DNA of 64,000 nucleotides, from assembly GCA_000934665.2 (NCBI GenBank), contig JYFJ02000809.1, positions 1-64,000 on the forward strand. The letters are read 5' to 3'. This document shows positions 12,801 through 30,897 of the stretch, piece after piece (the stretch's first letter is position 1; each line of letters begins with the position of its first letter). Made by a program: the position numbers and the translations under genes. The stretch is from Catajapyx aquilonaris (Eukaryota). The notes below the pieces were generated by a model. It saw only the letters and a program-made list of their open reading frames with translations. It made no database searches and was not told where the DNA came from.

Positions 12801-15800
12801 GACCTGACCGATATGCCCCGCAATAAATAACTGGCGGCAACGACTGAAACTTGACGCAAGCACGGAACAAAAATTTGCTCCGTAATTGGCAGGTTTTTTC
12901 GCATATTTGATGACGCAATGTGGCGAAATATATGGAGCAGGTCCTATCCTCGCTTAATTTACTCATTGATCTCTAACCGCAATGTCAGCAGTGGCAAAAC
13001 CTTGAGTAAGAAAGGAAATGCATGAAGTAACAGCAGGTACCTTTAATGACTTAATGACGCGAAATAACGGAAGGTTAAAAATACGCATGTTCCTAGAATG
13101 ACATGCCTGAAAACGCGTTCGTGACGCATCGGGCGGTCACTAACTTGTCGCCTTTTGTGCCTCATAACGTGCCTTTTGATCTCCGATATTCGCGGAAGGC
13201 TAGAGCAACCCTGGGGCAGGAAAAAAAAGGTAGCTTTCAGGGCACAAATTGGAGCATTGGGTGACGCGATGGGTTGCTTGGTGTCCGGCGTTGTGCTATG
13301 GATACATACATTTATGGACTGGCACCACTACCGAACCGATACGCGACCTGATGCGTGATGGGCTTAGTTGGACTAAGGTCACCTCTGGCTTTGGGCGAAG
13401 CTTAGGAACATTTTCGTGAATGTTTTCCTCGGAAATGGGATACAGGTTGCAAAACGGGGTGAGTCTGGTGTAAGTTTCCTTATTCTTTTGCTCTGCTTGA
13501 TAGGATTGGGGTAATGAGTTGGCATTTGATTGAATGTTGCAATAGTTAGCAAGTTCAAGGACGGGGGTCTGGCGTCCAGTGTGCATTTATCGGACTTATC
13601 GGATGCGGATGAAATCTGGCTATGCAATACTCTGCTTATTACATGAGAGGCGAATTATGCAAAGTGTTGTTGTGATATGTTAAATTCTTCGGACCTGCCT
13701 GTGGAGAATATGCGTGGCATTCGGTTTGTCCTATTGTTTGCTGTGTTGTATAGTCGAAGGAACAATGTGTGGTTGGAATGATAACACAAGGCGAGCGTTT
13801 GGCTGAAGAATCTGGTGATAGAAACAAAATGCGTTAAGTTTACCTGAAAGTTATTAATGAAACGGTGTCGCAGGCTATTTGCAAATGTCTCTGTTGTTGT
13901 AATGCGATTTATACATTCAGTCGTTCAGTGTTTGATCTTTATTTACTCAGAGCCTGTACAAGCAGATAAATCAATGGTGCACTGATTATGCGTATAAATA
14001 GTGTTATATTGAGTTGTCGTTTTAGCTGTTGAATTAATCTGCATGACTAAACTTGTCATTTGTAATCACTGTAACTGGCTATAACTCATAAAGCGTATTC
14101 ACGACGGATACGAGAAGACTGCTAATACTATTAGTTATGTTATGATATTTACTTTTTACTATTTTGAGTTATTACAGTACCGTAACTTAAAATATTTCCA
14201 CAGAACAGCTTTAGCGATGCATGTTTTTATCTCGAAGAAAGTTACAGAGAGTGATAGAACATATGCGAATTACCTCTCAGGTTTTGGTTCCTTCAGGATA
14301 TTCCAGGCGAAATTTCTAGTTGATTTTGGTTATTTCTTATTTGCATTATTGTATTGTATTATGTGGGCTGCGGAAGAGCGAATGCGAAGAGCTGAAGGCT
14401 GTCCATATACTGTATTGATTTGGTTAATAATTATTTACAATGTGGTTATTTGTTTTGTGGTATATGCCATTGAATACCTTATAATTTATGATGTCAAATT
14501 TTTTACCGTAGGCTATATTTATGACAGTATTTGACTAGGGCCTCTAAATCGCTACCTACCCACTTTTTATGGGGGCACTCGCGACGGATTTCTGTTGCTT
14601 ATTTTGTGTTGATTCGGATGATTTTTCGTCCATTATAACTGCATGCTCATTTACGTATTTGTACCAAAAAATGCGACAGATCATGACTACGAGATATGTT
14701 TTTTTCCGCCATTGTATTTGCATAGCATGAAACTGATGTACAGTGTGGCTGTAGGTGCTAGGGCAATAGAGTATCCTGCGCATTAGGCCACTCATTTATC
14801 ACAGATGGTTTGGAGTAGCGTTGTAGGTGCATGGAAAAATTCGCATCTTTTGGAGAGAGAGAAAAAAAAGGTTTTTTCATGTTTTCCGAGGTCATGGAAA
14901 TATTGAGATTTTGGCATTTAAAACAAAAAAAACCTTAATTTGTTAAATAGACGTCTGCATTCATGACTGTAGTTAAAGATTTTATCAAGTTTGGCGTTCA
15001 CCAATGAGACGCCACTCGTCTTTTTTTCATTTGTAACTTTTCAATGGAAACTGCTCGAATTTGTCACATGTCTTAATTGATTTTGTGCTCTGAACTGTCT
15101 TATTATAAAGTTTGAGTTATTGTGTTGAATTTTTATTTTAAATTTTCAATACTACCGGCTGTAATATTGGAGTATCTCCTATACGTACAGTTACGAGTAG
15201 TTACATGACGCGATCCCTATAGGCCTGTCTGGTTTCTTGAATATGTGTCTGTGCTACGGGGATTCCCTATAAAATCAGTCACTACTGACCGTGACACATA
15301 ATTATATTTTCATCGATTTATTGTAGTTAATAATAAGATTTCGAGTGTTTTAAACAGCCTAAAGTATAGTTATGAATTGATAATAGGCAGAAAAGGCCAA
15401 GAGGGTTTTTTGGGGAACAGTTTGCATGAATCTTTTAAATGTCGATTTATTTTTCTTTGGCAAAGCATTGAAAGAAATCAAGTTTGCCTTGAGCACTGCT
15501 TTAGTGACGTCCTCAAATAATTAGAGAGGCCAGAGTTTCACTCCAATTTCCTGATAGAATCTAGAAAATCTTTATCCACCAATACGCGACTTTCCTTAAA
15601 GGTGACCTTACTGAAACTAATATTAGGTCTCCCGCACAATATTTCTGTACAAATTGATGGCTGCGTAGTGCGATGTGTGTATATCTTGAAATCGCCGTAA
15701 CCAGGTGCTAAAATATGCACGCGTCAAGTGTTCGCATTTATACGGGGGACACAGGTTATATTGGGACGGCGACGGACGTCGATTTTTTGTATCCCTGGTG

Positions 15801-16387
15801 TATTATCCCTCTCCTCTTCGACTCCCACGTTCAAGTGTCGCGTGCGTTTATGCCTTGTAATCGATGGAGGTGCTATGTGTAATCAGAAACCGTCCATGAC
15901 TTTCGTGTCGAGGAATGTGGCATCACCGGAAAAGGTATATGGCCACTTTAATGGGGTCTTTCCAAAATTTATGCACCGAATTTTCATCACATTGATCACG
16001 CATTTTTCCAGGCAGAACTGCTGATATGCCTGGTTTGCCGAAGACTCTATGATATTGCGAACGGAAATGGGGGGGCGGAATAATTCACCTGGCAGGCCTA
16101 GCTGTATAGCCAAAGGGGCAGCACACGGGGACAATTCTGCGCATTCTAATTGAATTAGCGCCAGACTCGTAGGCTGGTAATGCCAGATAATTTGCTTTCA
16201 ATGCCAGACTGAACAATGCCATGTTATTCTGGGAGATGCGCCGTAGGCTCGATTCATAATTTTCCTATTCAGTTGTGAAATACTGGACTGGTTTCAGACT
16301 GTTGATTAGTGCAACTACCATAGTGCATTGAAGGTGCATTAATGAATTGTCATTAACATTATGATTGATGATGATGGATTGTTTCAG

Positions 16388-19300
16388 CGTCCAGCGCGGC
16401 TGATGGACGCAGTGCAGGCTGGGCAACAGCAGGCGATTAGTCCTCAGCCGTCTTCTGGGTCCATCTCACCCAGGGACCCCAGTCAGCAGGTGCTGGAAAG
16501 TACTCTCACCTGCCCATCCTGCAGGGTCTCTGTACCTACCTCCAGTGGACGCAGAAGGAGGCTGTGCCCCTTTTGTGGTGCGACCTACAATGGGCACAGG
16601 AGCCACCACCACCATCATCACCACCACCACCCTGAAGAGGAGGAGGAGCAGTTGCCTCATGAGGACCCGGCTGACAACTTCCGATTGCCAGTCATTGAGC
16701 CGATGGTGGAGGCCACCTCTGGGAGCAGTCGGTACTCTGGAGGTTTTGTTCTCAACCGACTTGGAGGTGTCAGCTTGGGCCTGGCCTCCCTTTCCAATCT
16801 GTTCTTCAGGCCTGGTTCCAACACCTCCCTCACCTCATTGCCCCCAATTTCCAAGGTGATTGTCCATTTGACGGTGTGTGTGCAATTGCCTGGGCGTGTA
16901 TGGTTGTGTGACTTGATGTGGTTCTTGCAGCAAGATGCAGAGGACAAGTTCCTGTCCTTGTCGGACACGCCTACTCCAGTGCCTTCTGGCTACTCCAGGC
17001 GACAAGCACAAAGTCTGGATAACATTCCAGTCGCCACCGAAGAAGAGCTATCGCCTAGACCTAAATATCCTGTACGGGACAAGACCAGGGAGGAATTTCT
17101 GTGAGTGCATCCTTACATACTCATGCAAATAATGCCATTTTGTAGCAAAATTATGTAATATTTTCTGATATTGTGCTCTTCTTTTGCAGGAGGAATGTCC
17201 GTAGAGCATTGCAGACTGGGAACTACAGCGATCTGCAGCGATTTTATATGCAAACATTTGACTCTTATGCAGAGATTTGCGCCACATTTAAGGTACAGTA
17301 CAGTGTGAGTGTGCTAATGATTGTTGAATGCATTTATTTGGTACAAATTACTTTTTACAATAACAGCAAGATCCAGAGTGTGACGGGGCTCGTTTGGAGG
17401 ATCCCGGCTTGAAGATGGAATTTCTTTACGCCATCAATGATGCCCTAAAAGGCATGGTAAGTGGTCAAGAATGTCGTCTTCCCTATAACAATTTCTGGGT
17501 GTGTCTAACAAAATCATACTTTTCAGCCTTCCCTCATACATAAGACTGTAATGAAATCCATCATCAACGCTCTTCTGGAGGACAAAAACCGACTGTACCG
17601 CAAGGACCATGTCCGTGCTTTGTTCATTCTTCTCCAGAACCCAGTATTCGCTGCTCAGTCATCTTATACCATATTTGCACACCTCCTGCGCCAAATCACA
17701 AACTTGCCTAATTCAGACCACCAGCTGCTAGTCCATTGGTTCAAAATGTGAGTTTCTGAGCGGATGCATTCTGACAGTGTTATAATGAATAATCATATAT
17801 AGATTGGAGGTGGAAAAGCTTCGAATGATGGTGAGACACATCATCCAGTTTGTGTCTATAAGGCAGTTTCCCCCTGCTGACAAGAGCCTTCCGCCTCTCA
17901 GCAAAAGTCGCTGGTGGATACCTACTGCCATCCGAGTCCTTGCTCTTATAAGTGAGTCTGGAACTTATTGAAGTTTGTAAACATCCTTGATACCAATAGA
18001 CTTACAATTGACTGTTTCCAACAGATGCTGCAAATAACTCAAGTACGCCCAACCTGCTCCATTACACGGAATTCTACAACAGTGCCTTGGATCACCTGGA
18101 CCTTATGCAGGAGTACTTCAACTGGCAGAATCCAGAACGTCCAGGCCAGTTCTCCTACTGCCAGTACCCATTCATCCTAAGCATTGTTGCCAAGAGGATT
18201 ATCCTTACAAAGGATTCAGAGCAGCAGATGATTCTCACAGCCCGGAGATCTCTGGTTGCTAAAGTGGCCAGGCATCAGACACCCCAAATAGACATATTTT
18301 TTCTCAACATTAATGTCAGGAGATCCAACCTTGTTTCGGACTCTTTACATGAGGTTGGTTTGCAGCTCTGTGGGTTTTTGCTATGAGGAATTAAAATGGA
18401 TTTTATTATCATTATTGATAGATTGCAACGAAACAGAAGGACTTGAAGAAAAAGCTGAAGGTGTCTTTTGTCGGGGAGCCTGGACTGGACATGGGGGGAC
18501 TTACTAAGGAGTGGTTCCTATTGCTCATCAGGCAGATTTTTCAGGTAGGTGTTTCGGAGAACTTTCATGCACCAGCTATGCAATGAGGAAAAAAATTCCC
18601 ATTTATGTAGTAGCTATTACAAAATTAATATTATACTGGCTGTTGTAATATTTTCCAATAATTGATTTGTATAAATAATAATTTGAGAAGGCCACTAGTT
18701 CTTTCACAGTCTATATTTGTTTTTTACTTGCCATAGAAATACTGCTATCGATCTATGTTTGCAAATGCATGGCAATAAGGCACCATCCTGGTGCTATTAT
18801 TTTATTTGGAACATCAATAAGAGTTTATTACAGGCTCTGTCGGGCCTATATGGGTGCCATAAACTTACCAACCTTGCCCTTTTCATCATTTTGCCTCTTA
18901 TTATCCATAATGCAAAATGCTATTTTCTGCATTGCAGCCCGATTATGGCATGTTTGTTTACTACCCAAACTCTCGGTGCTACTGGTTCAGTACAGCCCAG
19001 GACGGGAATCTCCGAGAATACAACTTGATTGGTGTCTTGATGGGTCTGGCTGTGTATAATTCCACCATCCTTGACCTTCACTTCCCCTCCATCTGCTACA
19101 GGAAGCTTCTGGCTCCTCCTGTAGTGCCACCCTCATCTTCCTTGCCAGTTGGCATCGTCAAGGGACTAGCCATTGATGATCTTGCGGAGATCATGCCTGT
19201 AAGACCATGTTTATGATCTCATAAGAATGTGTCACCTATGTGCCAAGTATTGGTTTAGGAAAGACTAAGAGATGGTTCATTTTTGCAGATATTATATCAA

Positions 19301-20320
19301 TAAGATATCTTTTCATTGGATACACTAAGATGGAAATTAAGGCATCATATATTAATGTAAATACACTTAGCTTGGCAATTACAGCAGGAGTAACATCACT
19401 CATATTTATGCCTGTAATCAATGCAGCTTAATTATTTGAACCTGTTCTATCATTAGGAAGTTGCACGTGGATTACAAGAGTTACTTACCTATGAAGGTAA
19501 TGTGGAAGAAGACATGTGCATGAGCTTCCAGGTGAGCCTGGAAGAGTACGGGGTCATGAAGACTTATGACTTGAAGGAAAGTGGAGACACATACCCAGTC
19601 ACAAATAGCAACAGAGAAGAATATGTAGAGCTTTACTTGGAATGGATACTCAACAATGCCATCTATGAACAGTTTCGTGCCTTCTTTCTTGGCTTCCACA
19701 GTGTTTGTGCCTCAAATGCTCTCATTGTAAGTGTTTCATATTGTCACCTGAAAATTTTAGTATTTCAACTTACCAAATGACTGAATCTTTACTTTAATAC
19801 ATTGACCCTACACCAGATGCTGAGACCAGAAGAGGTGGAAATGCTTGTTTGTGGCTGTCCAACATTGGACATGCATGAATTACGAAAAGTTACGGACTAC
19901 GATGGATACAAGGCTGATGATAAGGTTATCAAGTAAGTGTCTATGATTCAGTTATTTAATCATAGGTCTAATTTTTAAACCTCACACATATGTTCATTTT
20001 ACTGTATTTGTTGCAATTTGTTGTTGAAAGTTCTCAATATGGGATTTCTTTGCAGAGAATTTTGGGAAGTAGTGACCTCCTTGAGTCACGAACTACAGAA
20101 AAAGTTTCTATTGTTTGCCACTGGCAGTGATCGAATACCTGTTGGTGGAATGGGAGAAATGACGTTCAAGATTACCCGCATGAAGGACAAACCAGAGAAC
20201 TTACCCGAGGCGCACACATGTTTTAACCAACTCATACTCCCAGAATACAACAGCAAGGAGGTGCTCAGGGAAAAACTTATTATTGCTATATCCAATGCAG
20301 AAGGATTTGGTCTGGAGTAA
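16388..20320 (+). CDS. HECTD2: HECT-domain E3 ubiquitin ligase HECTD2 (at least 12 exons, about 850 aa)
   Basis: Exons 16388-16855, 16931-17100, 17190-17292, 17367-17456, 17527-17747, 17803-17951, 18025-18353, 18422-18544, 18938-19198, 19457-19726, 19817-19932, 20056-20320; all GT-AG and in phase. Motifs FSYCQYPFILS, GEPGLDMGGLTKEWF, catalytic PEAHTCFN and C-terminal NAEGFGLE. First in-exon ATG at 16403; the true start may be upstream. Confidence 0.93.
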
Positions 20321-21650
20321 AAGCAAAATGGACTCTGCAGAGAGACAAAAAAAAGTAGCTTTCGTTATGGTACAGACTTGAAGAAAGTGCCGGTTGCAAT
20401 GTTGCTTCGCACAGTGCTTTTTTTAAAAAGAATCACCATGAACCTTCATCAGATGACCAGTGACGGACACATGTATTTTTTGGCACTTGCAGTGCTGTTC
20501 CATTGCAGCACCTGCATATTAATAACCAACTGTGATAACATTGTGTCCGTTTGTGCCGACGTGCAGAACACAATAAAAATGTCTAATGTTCACTTGTTGG
20601 AAATAAAGATTACATATACTACTATAAAATATTAAAATCAATTTTGTACCAAAAAGAGGACGATTGTAAGAATAACCTGCACCAGTGTAATACAGTATTG
20701 ACAATAATGGTGTCAGAATTATAAGCATGACAGGTAAGATATTACTGTCCATTGCGCTACTTGTGCAGTACTATGTTCATGAGGCCACAATATGGAAGAC
20801 ACAGTATAATAATATTATTATGCCAAGCGCACACGTTGAAGAAAATATGGTAGATTAATGACTCTTCATCTACCAAGAAAAGCAGGTCTGGCATTTAATA
20901 CACATTTCCTGCATTGGGTGGGATCTTTTTTCTGATGTGTCTGGGGGTACTGTCTTGCATCCCTTCTCTGCGCAGGGGCAAGGAAAAAAGTACAGCTAAT
21001 TAACGTAACTAGAATAATATTAATTTGTGTATCCATTTGAAATAAACTGCCATCTCCTCAATATCAGCAACTGCGTTAAGTGAGCAGTAATAATTAAGCG
21101 ACATTTGTATACAAATGATGATAAAGAGTTTTTATCATAGTTATGTCTTGTGTATGTTCTTGTGTTCATTGACATCACTTTAGAAGATTTTCTTGAGAAT
21201 ATACCGGTATGTAATTATTCAAATTGAAGCTTCATGAAATGGCAACAACATTTCATTCTGCAATACACATTGGCTACTGCTGCTACTTTCTTGCTGCCAA
21301 ATGCGGTATCCTTTTCAATCAGATCCATGATCAGATCTCACTGTCATAGCGTGTCTCACAAGAGCAAGTCTTTGACATTCATCCTAGGTGTCAGTCTGTT
21401 CATGTAAACAGAAGTGTCATGTGTGTGGCCGTCAAGCTAGGATAGCTCGGATAAGTTCCTTCCCCAGTTCGGTTACGGTCACATTTCGCATGATCTGCAT
21501 ACTCTAAATGCAGTTTGCTGCTGGAAAAATGTGTGAATAAAAAGTCAGCACAATCCCTTCCCAATAAACAAGTTGAGACTGTATGTCTATAATTATTTTG
21601 ATTGAAGCAAGCCCGTGGTATCCGTAGTCCCCGCCGACAATTGGCCTGTA

Positions 21651-21675
21651 CCAAGATGGCTTCCCTCTTTCCCCA
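21651..21675 (+). promoter_or_regulatory. YY1-type motif (CAAGATGGC) followed by a pyrimidine tract, upstream of the Arp1 ATG
   Basis: CCAAGATGGCTTCCCTCTTTCC about 120 nt upstream of the ATG in a GC-rich region; motif match only. Confidence 0.3.
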
Positions 21676-21775
21676 CCGTTCGCTTGACTAGATGCAATAG
21701 AGAGTCATCCCTGTTGAGACGGGTGCTTCCCCCTGCCGTCCATCCCCGCAAGCAGGCGTGGATCATCGGGTGGCA

Positions 21776-27747
<5,972 letters not shown>

Positions 27748-28689
27748 CTTCTCAGAACAGAATTGCATATACATCCTTTCTATCCGTGCCTCGATATTTT
27801 TTATTTGTCGATAGCTACTGATTTTTCAATGATGTGTTCTTTTTTTCTTGTGATTGGGCGGTGCTTTATTGGAAAAAGGAACGGTCCGTTATGCTTTTCT
27901 TACTGTGCAATTCAGTGTCAATTAAGTGCATAATGGGTGACTTGTAAATATCCCTCACAAAAAAAGTATTGACGTAATAATTAACATTGCACATGATTCG
28001 GTAGATTTATTTTGGCCCATCCCACACATTTTCGAACATGCAAATAAGAAGCTTATGCCTTAATTTATGATGCTCAGGATCTCCCTCCCTGTGTAGTTCT
28101 GGTAACCTTTTTTCATACACGAAAACATGGGCAACTATGATGGTGGTGTTGAGCTTTGTTAGTGATTCTATGGCCACTTTTATGCTTATTTGTACTGGAG
28201 GGAAGTGGAAGGCTGTTGAGCTAAGCATTCCACCATGTGGACACCAGCATGTGACAGCCTGTGTACTGGAAACAATTTATCAATTAAAAAGTGGCTGTCT
28301 AAGTCAACCTTATTTATTTTGAAAATTCCTAGTCCATTTACATGTAGTACTTTTAGCATCAAGGAGCACTAATCTCTCTCCTGTCTATGAGTGCAGTATT
28401 TCAGTACTTATCCTGTTGAGTCCCTGCATACGTATAGATACCTACATATTTGTGCTCTGTGATTACATCTTGGCTGTAATTTTTTTTTTTTGTGCCTGGT
28501 AAGTAAGTGTTGTACAAAATCGTAAACTATGTACCTAGGCCAAGATCAATTCCAGATTGTCGAGCTGTGTCCCCCAAATTATGTTGCCAGATGGTCTTAG
28601 GTCTTGCATCAGGGGTATATTATAATAATAATTGTTCGTTTTTGTGAGAAAAGTTGACATTTTTTCAGATGTTTCTTTGTTTTAGCCAT

Positions 28690-29690
28690 GCACCATGCAC
28701 AGATAAGATAATCCACACCCAGATAATTGGGAGTAGTCTACAGTGTATTTCCATTAAACCTAAAAGATAAACATGTCAATGCTCTATGGCCAACCCTAAC
28801 GAATCTTCGTGTACGTGACCTACAGGTGGCTAGGAAGCTGTACTTCAGTTACATCGTCCCGATTTTATAGTACGCCTTCCCAATCTGGGGTACTTGATAC
28901 GTAGCAATTATGGAACAGGTTCAAAACTATTTCTTGAAAAAGTTTTTGAGTCTCCCTAAACACACAGCAGGTTTCTTTATTAGGCTGGAGACAGGCATCC
29001 CACATTTGGAAATTATGCTGGTGAAACAGACAATAAAAATTTATAAGAAGCTTGAAAACATTTTGGAAAATAAAATTCTGTTTGCTGCACACAAGTATGC
29101 GAAGAATGCCAAATTCGACTCCGCCCGCACTTTGCATAGAGATTGGTGGAATTTCGCCAATCAGCTGATGCCTATTACCGGGAATATTGCAGAGCTCTCA
29201 ATTATTCTGACCCGCTCCGAGCTGCTTGAGCAACTGACAGACTTCTGCTTCAGTCAAGATAGTGATTTACTAAAAAAGTCGACCACATATGCCCAATATT
29301 TTGCTACAAAAGATCTGAAAGAACAAGAAAAATACTGGTCATTCAACCTCCCTCTTGGCCCCCTGCGCACCTGGATCCGTTTACGAAGTGGCCCCTGATA
29401 CTTTTGGTTTAATGACGTTAAAATTCATTTTGAAGGACAAAACTGTGATTGGTGTAATCGAAATGTTGAATTTGATTTGTTTCATTTGTTGTTTCCTTGT
29501 CCGTATTTTGATATGCTCCGGAACCTACTATTGCAGGACTTACCCCATGTACCCCCAGACAAAAATTAGCGTATGCTCTGCTCAACCCTTCCAAAAAGTT
29601 AATTTTCAGCATGCACAACTTTTTTGTAAATGTGTCCAAAAGAATGGGGGTTGTAAATATGTAGATAGGTGGTGGGTGAAGAAAAAATTC
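28690..29690 (+). mobile_element. Decayed, 5'-truncated non-LTR retrotransposon (RT thumb plus C-terminal CCHC-type motif; RTE-X-like)
   Basis: One interrupted frame reads KLYFSYIVPIL*YAFPIWG..MEQVQNYFLKKFLSLP..FIRLETG..WIRLRSG..CDWCNRNVEFDLFHLLFPCP. A degenerate (Y)LGV motif lies near 28725; in-frame stops are present. Boundaries approximate. Confidence 0.75.
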
Positions 29691-30249
29691 TCTAGTTTCA
29701 TGTACACACCTCCTGGCCACTTATACGTTTATTACGTTTTATTACGTTTCCCTGTAGCAACGTTATTATAGTCGAACCGGTTTTCACAATTTAAGTTTGC
29801 TTTAAATTGGGCGCCAGTGCGCGGGGAACAAAAGCCTACTGGAGGTAGCGGCCATTCTGCGTGTTGTGCCCATATCATTCTGTGGATCGGGAAAAACAAA
29901 AACAAGCTTGCTAATAAAGAACCTTAATTATCCCTCAATAAATTCTTCATCGTTGAGATTCTTTGGAAATTTTTAAGACACCTGCTTAATGGGAGGGGGC
30001 GGTCACTTTTTTCGAAGAAAAACGTCAAAAAATAAAAAGTCCTCAAAATGATCTAGTGGCTTCGCTTGTGTTGTCCATCCTGCCAGCCCCCACCCTACGC
30101 ACCCCATAGTCCCAACATTTGTCTTATACCAGGGAGTTCCATTCTCAAACCTATCACCCCCCCCCCCCCCAAATTTAAGTCTACAATTTAAACTATAGGT
30201 CCAATAAAATCACAAGCACATGCAAATGAATCAGCACACTTTTTAGGGC

Positions 30250-30897
30250 ATTTTCAATGGTTTGTTGCAGGCTGACCTTTGACCTGAAAGGCCCTAATAT
30301 TAGGTTTTTGGTCTGGGGCCGGGCCCTACCTCGGTCTCCATCTGTCGGGTCTTTCGTAATGAGATTGTACAGAGCACAGTACATAGATATACAGTATATC
30401 TCTCGGTGTGAGGTAGTATGCCCCCTAGCCAAATGTAGTTGGCAGGTGTCAGTATGAATGTGACGTAGGCGAGTGGTCACCTCCTTGGGGTCATCAGGAC
30501 GGACATTCGGCATCGCTGTTTCGTGGCATTGCTCTATGGATTAATAAAATAATAAATCCCGACCCGCTTCTACTGTGGGTGGAGATGCGCATATCGTCGA
30601 CGCGGTTTTAGATTGGCAAATTTTTGTGTAAGCTTGGTCACCTTCCTGTCTCTTTGACTTTACATATTACCCCCTTTCCACCCCCGCCCTGCTACCCACC
30701 AGGACAGGCGGACTGCTACATTTGGCTACAGGCTATAGGGGCATACTACCTCACACCGAGAGATATACTGTTGCTCTGTACAATCTCATTACGAAAGACC
30801 CGACAGATGGAGACCGAGGTAGGGCCCGGCCCCAGACCAAAACCTAATATTAGGGCCTTTCAGGTCAAAGGTCAGCCTGCAACAAACCATTGAAAAT
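30250..30897. mobile_element. Foldback element / large MITE with near-identical TIRs of about 185 bp
   Basis: 30250-30439 is the reverse complement of 30716-30897 apart from small indels; the spacer of about 275 bp is non-coding; no clear TSD. Confidence 0.85.

Noticed and set aside
11688..14534. ORFs of 113 aa (11688-12029, -) and 130 aa (14142-14534, +)
   Set aside because: No recognisable motifs; composition is consistent with chance ORFs in non-coding or AT-rich DNA.
14537..14830. Possible MITE with weak inverted ends
   Set aside because: The terminal match is too degenerate to support without other copies.
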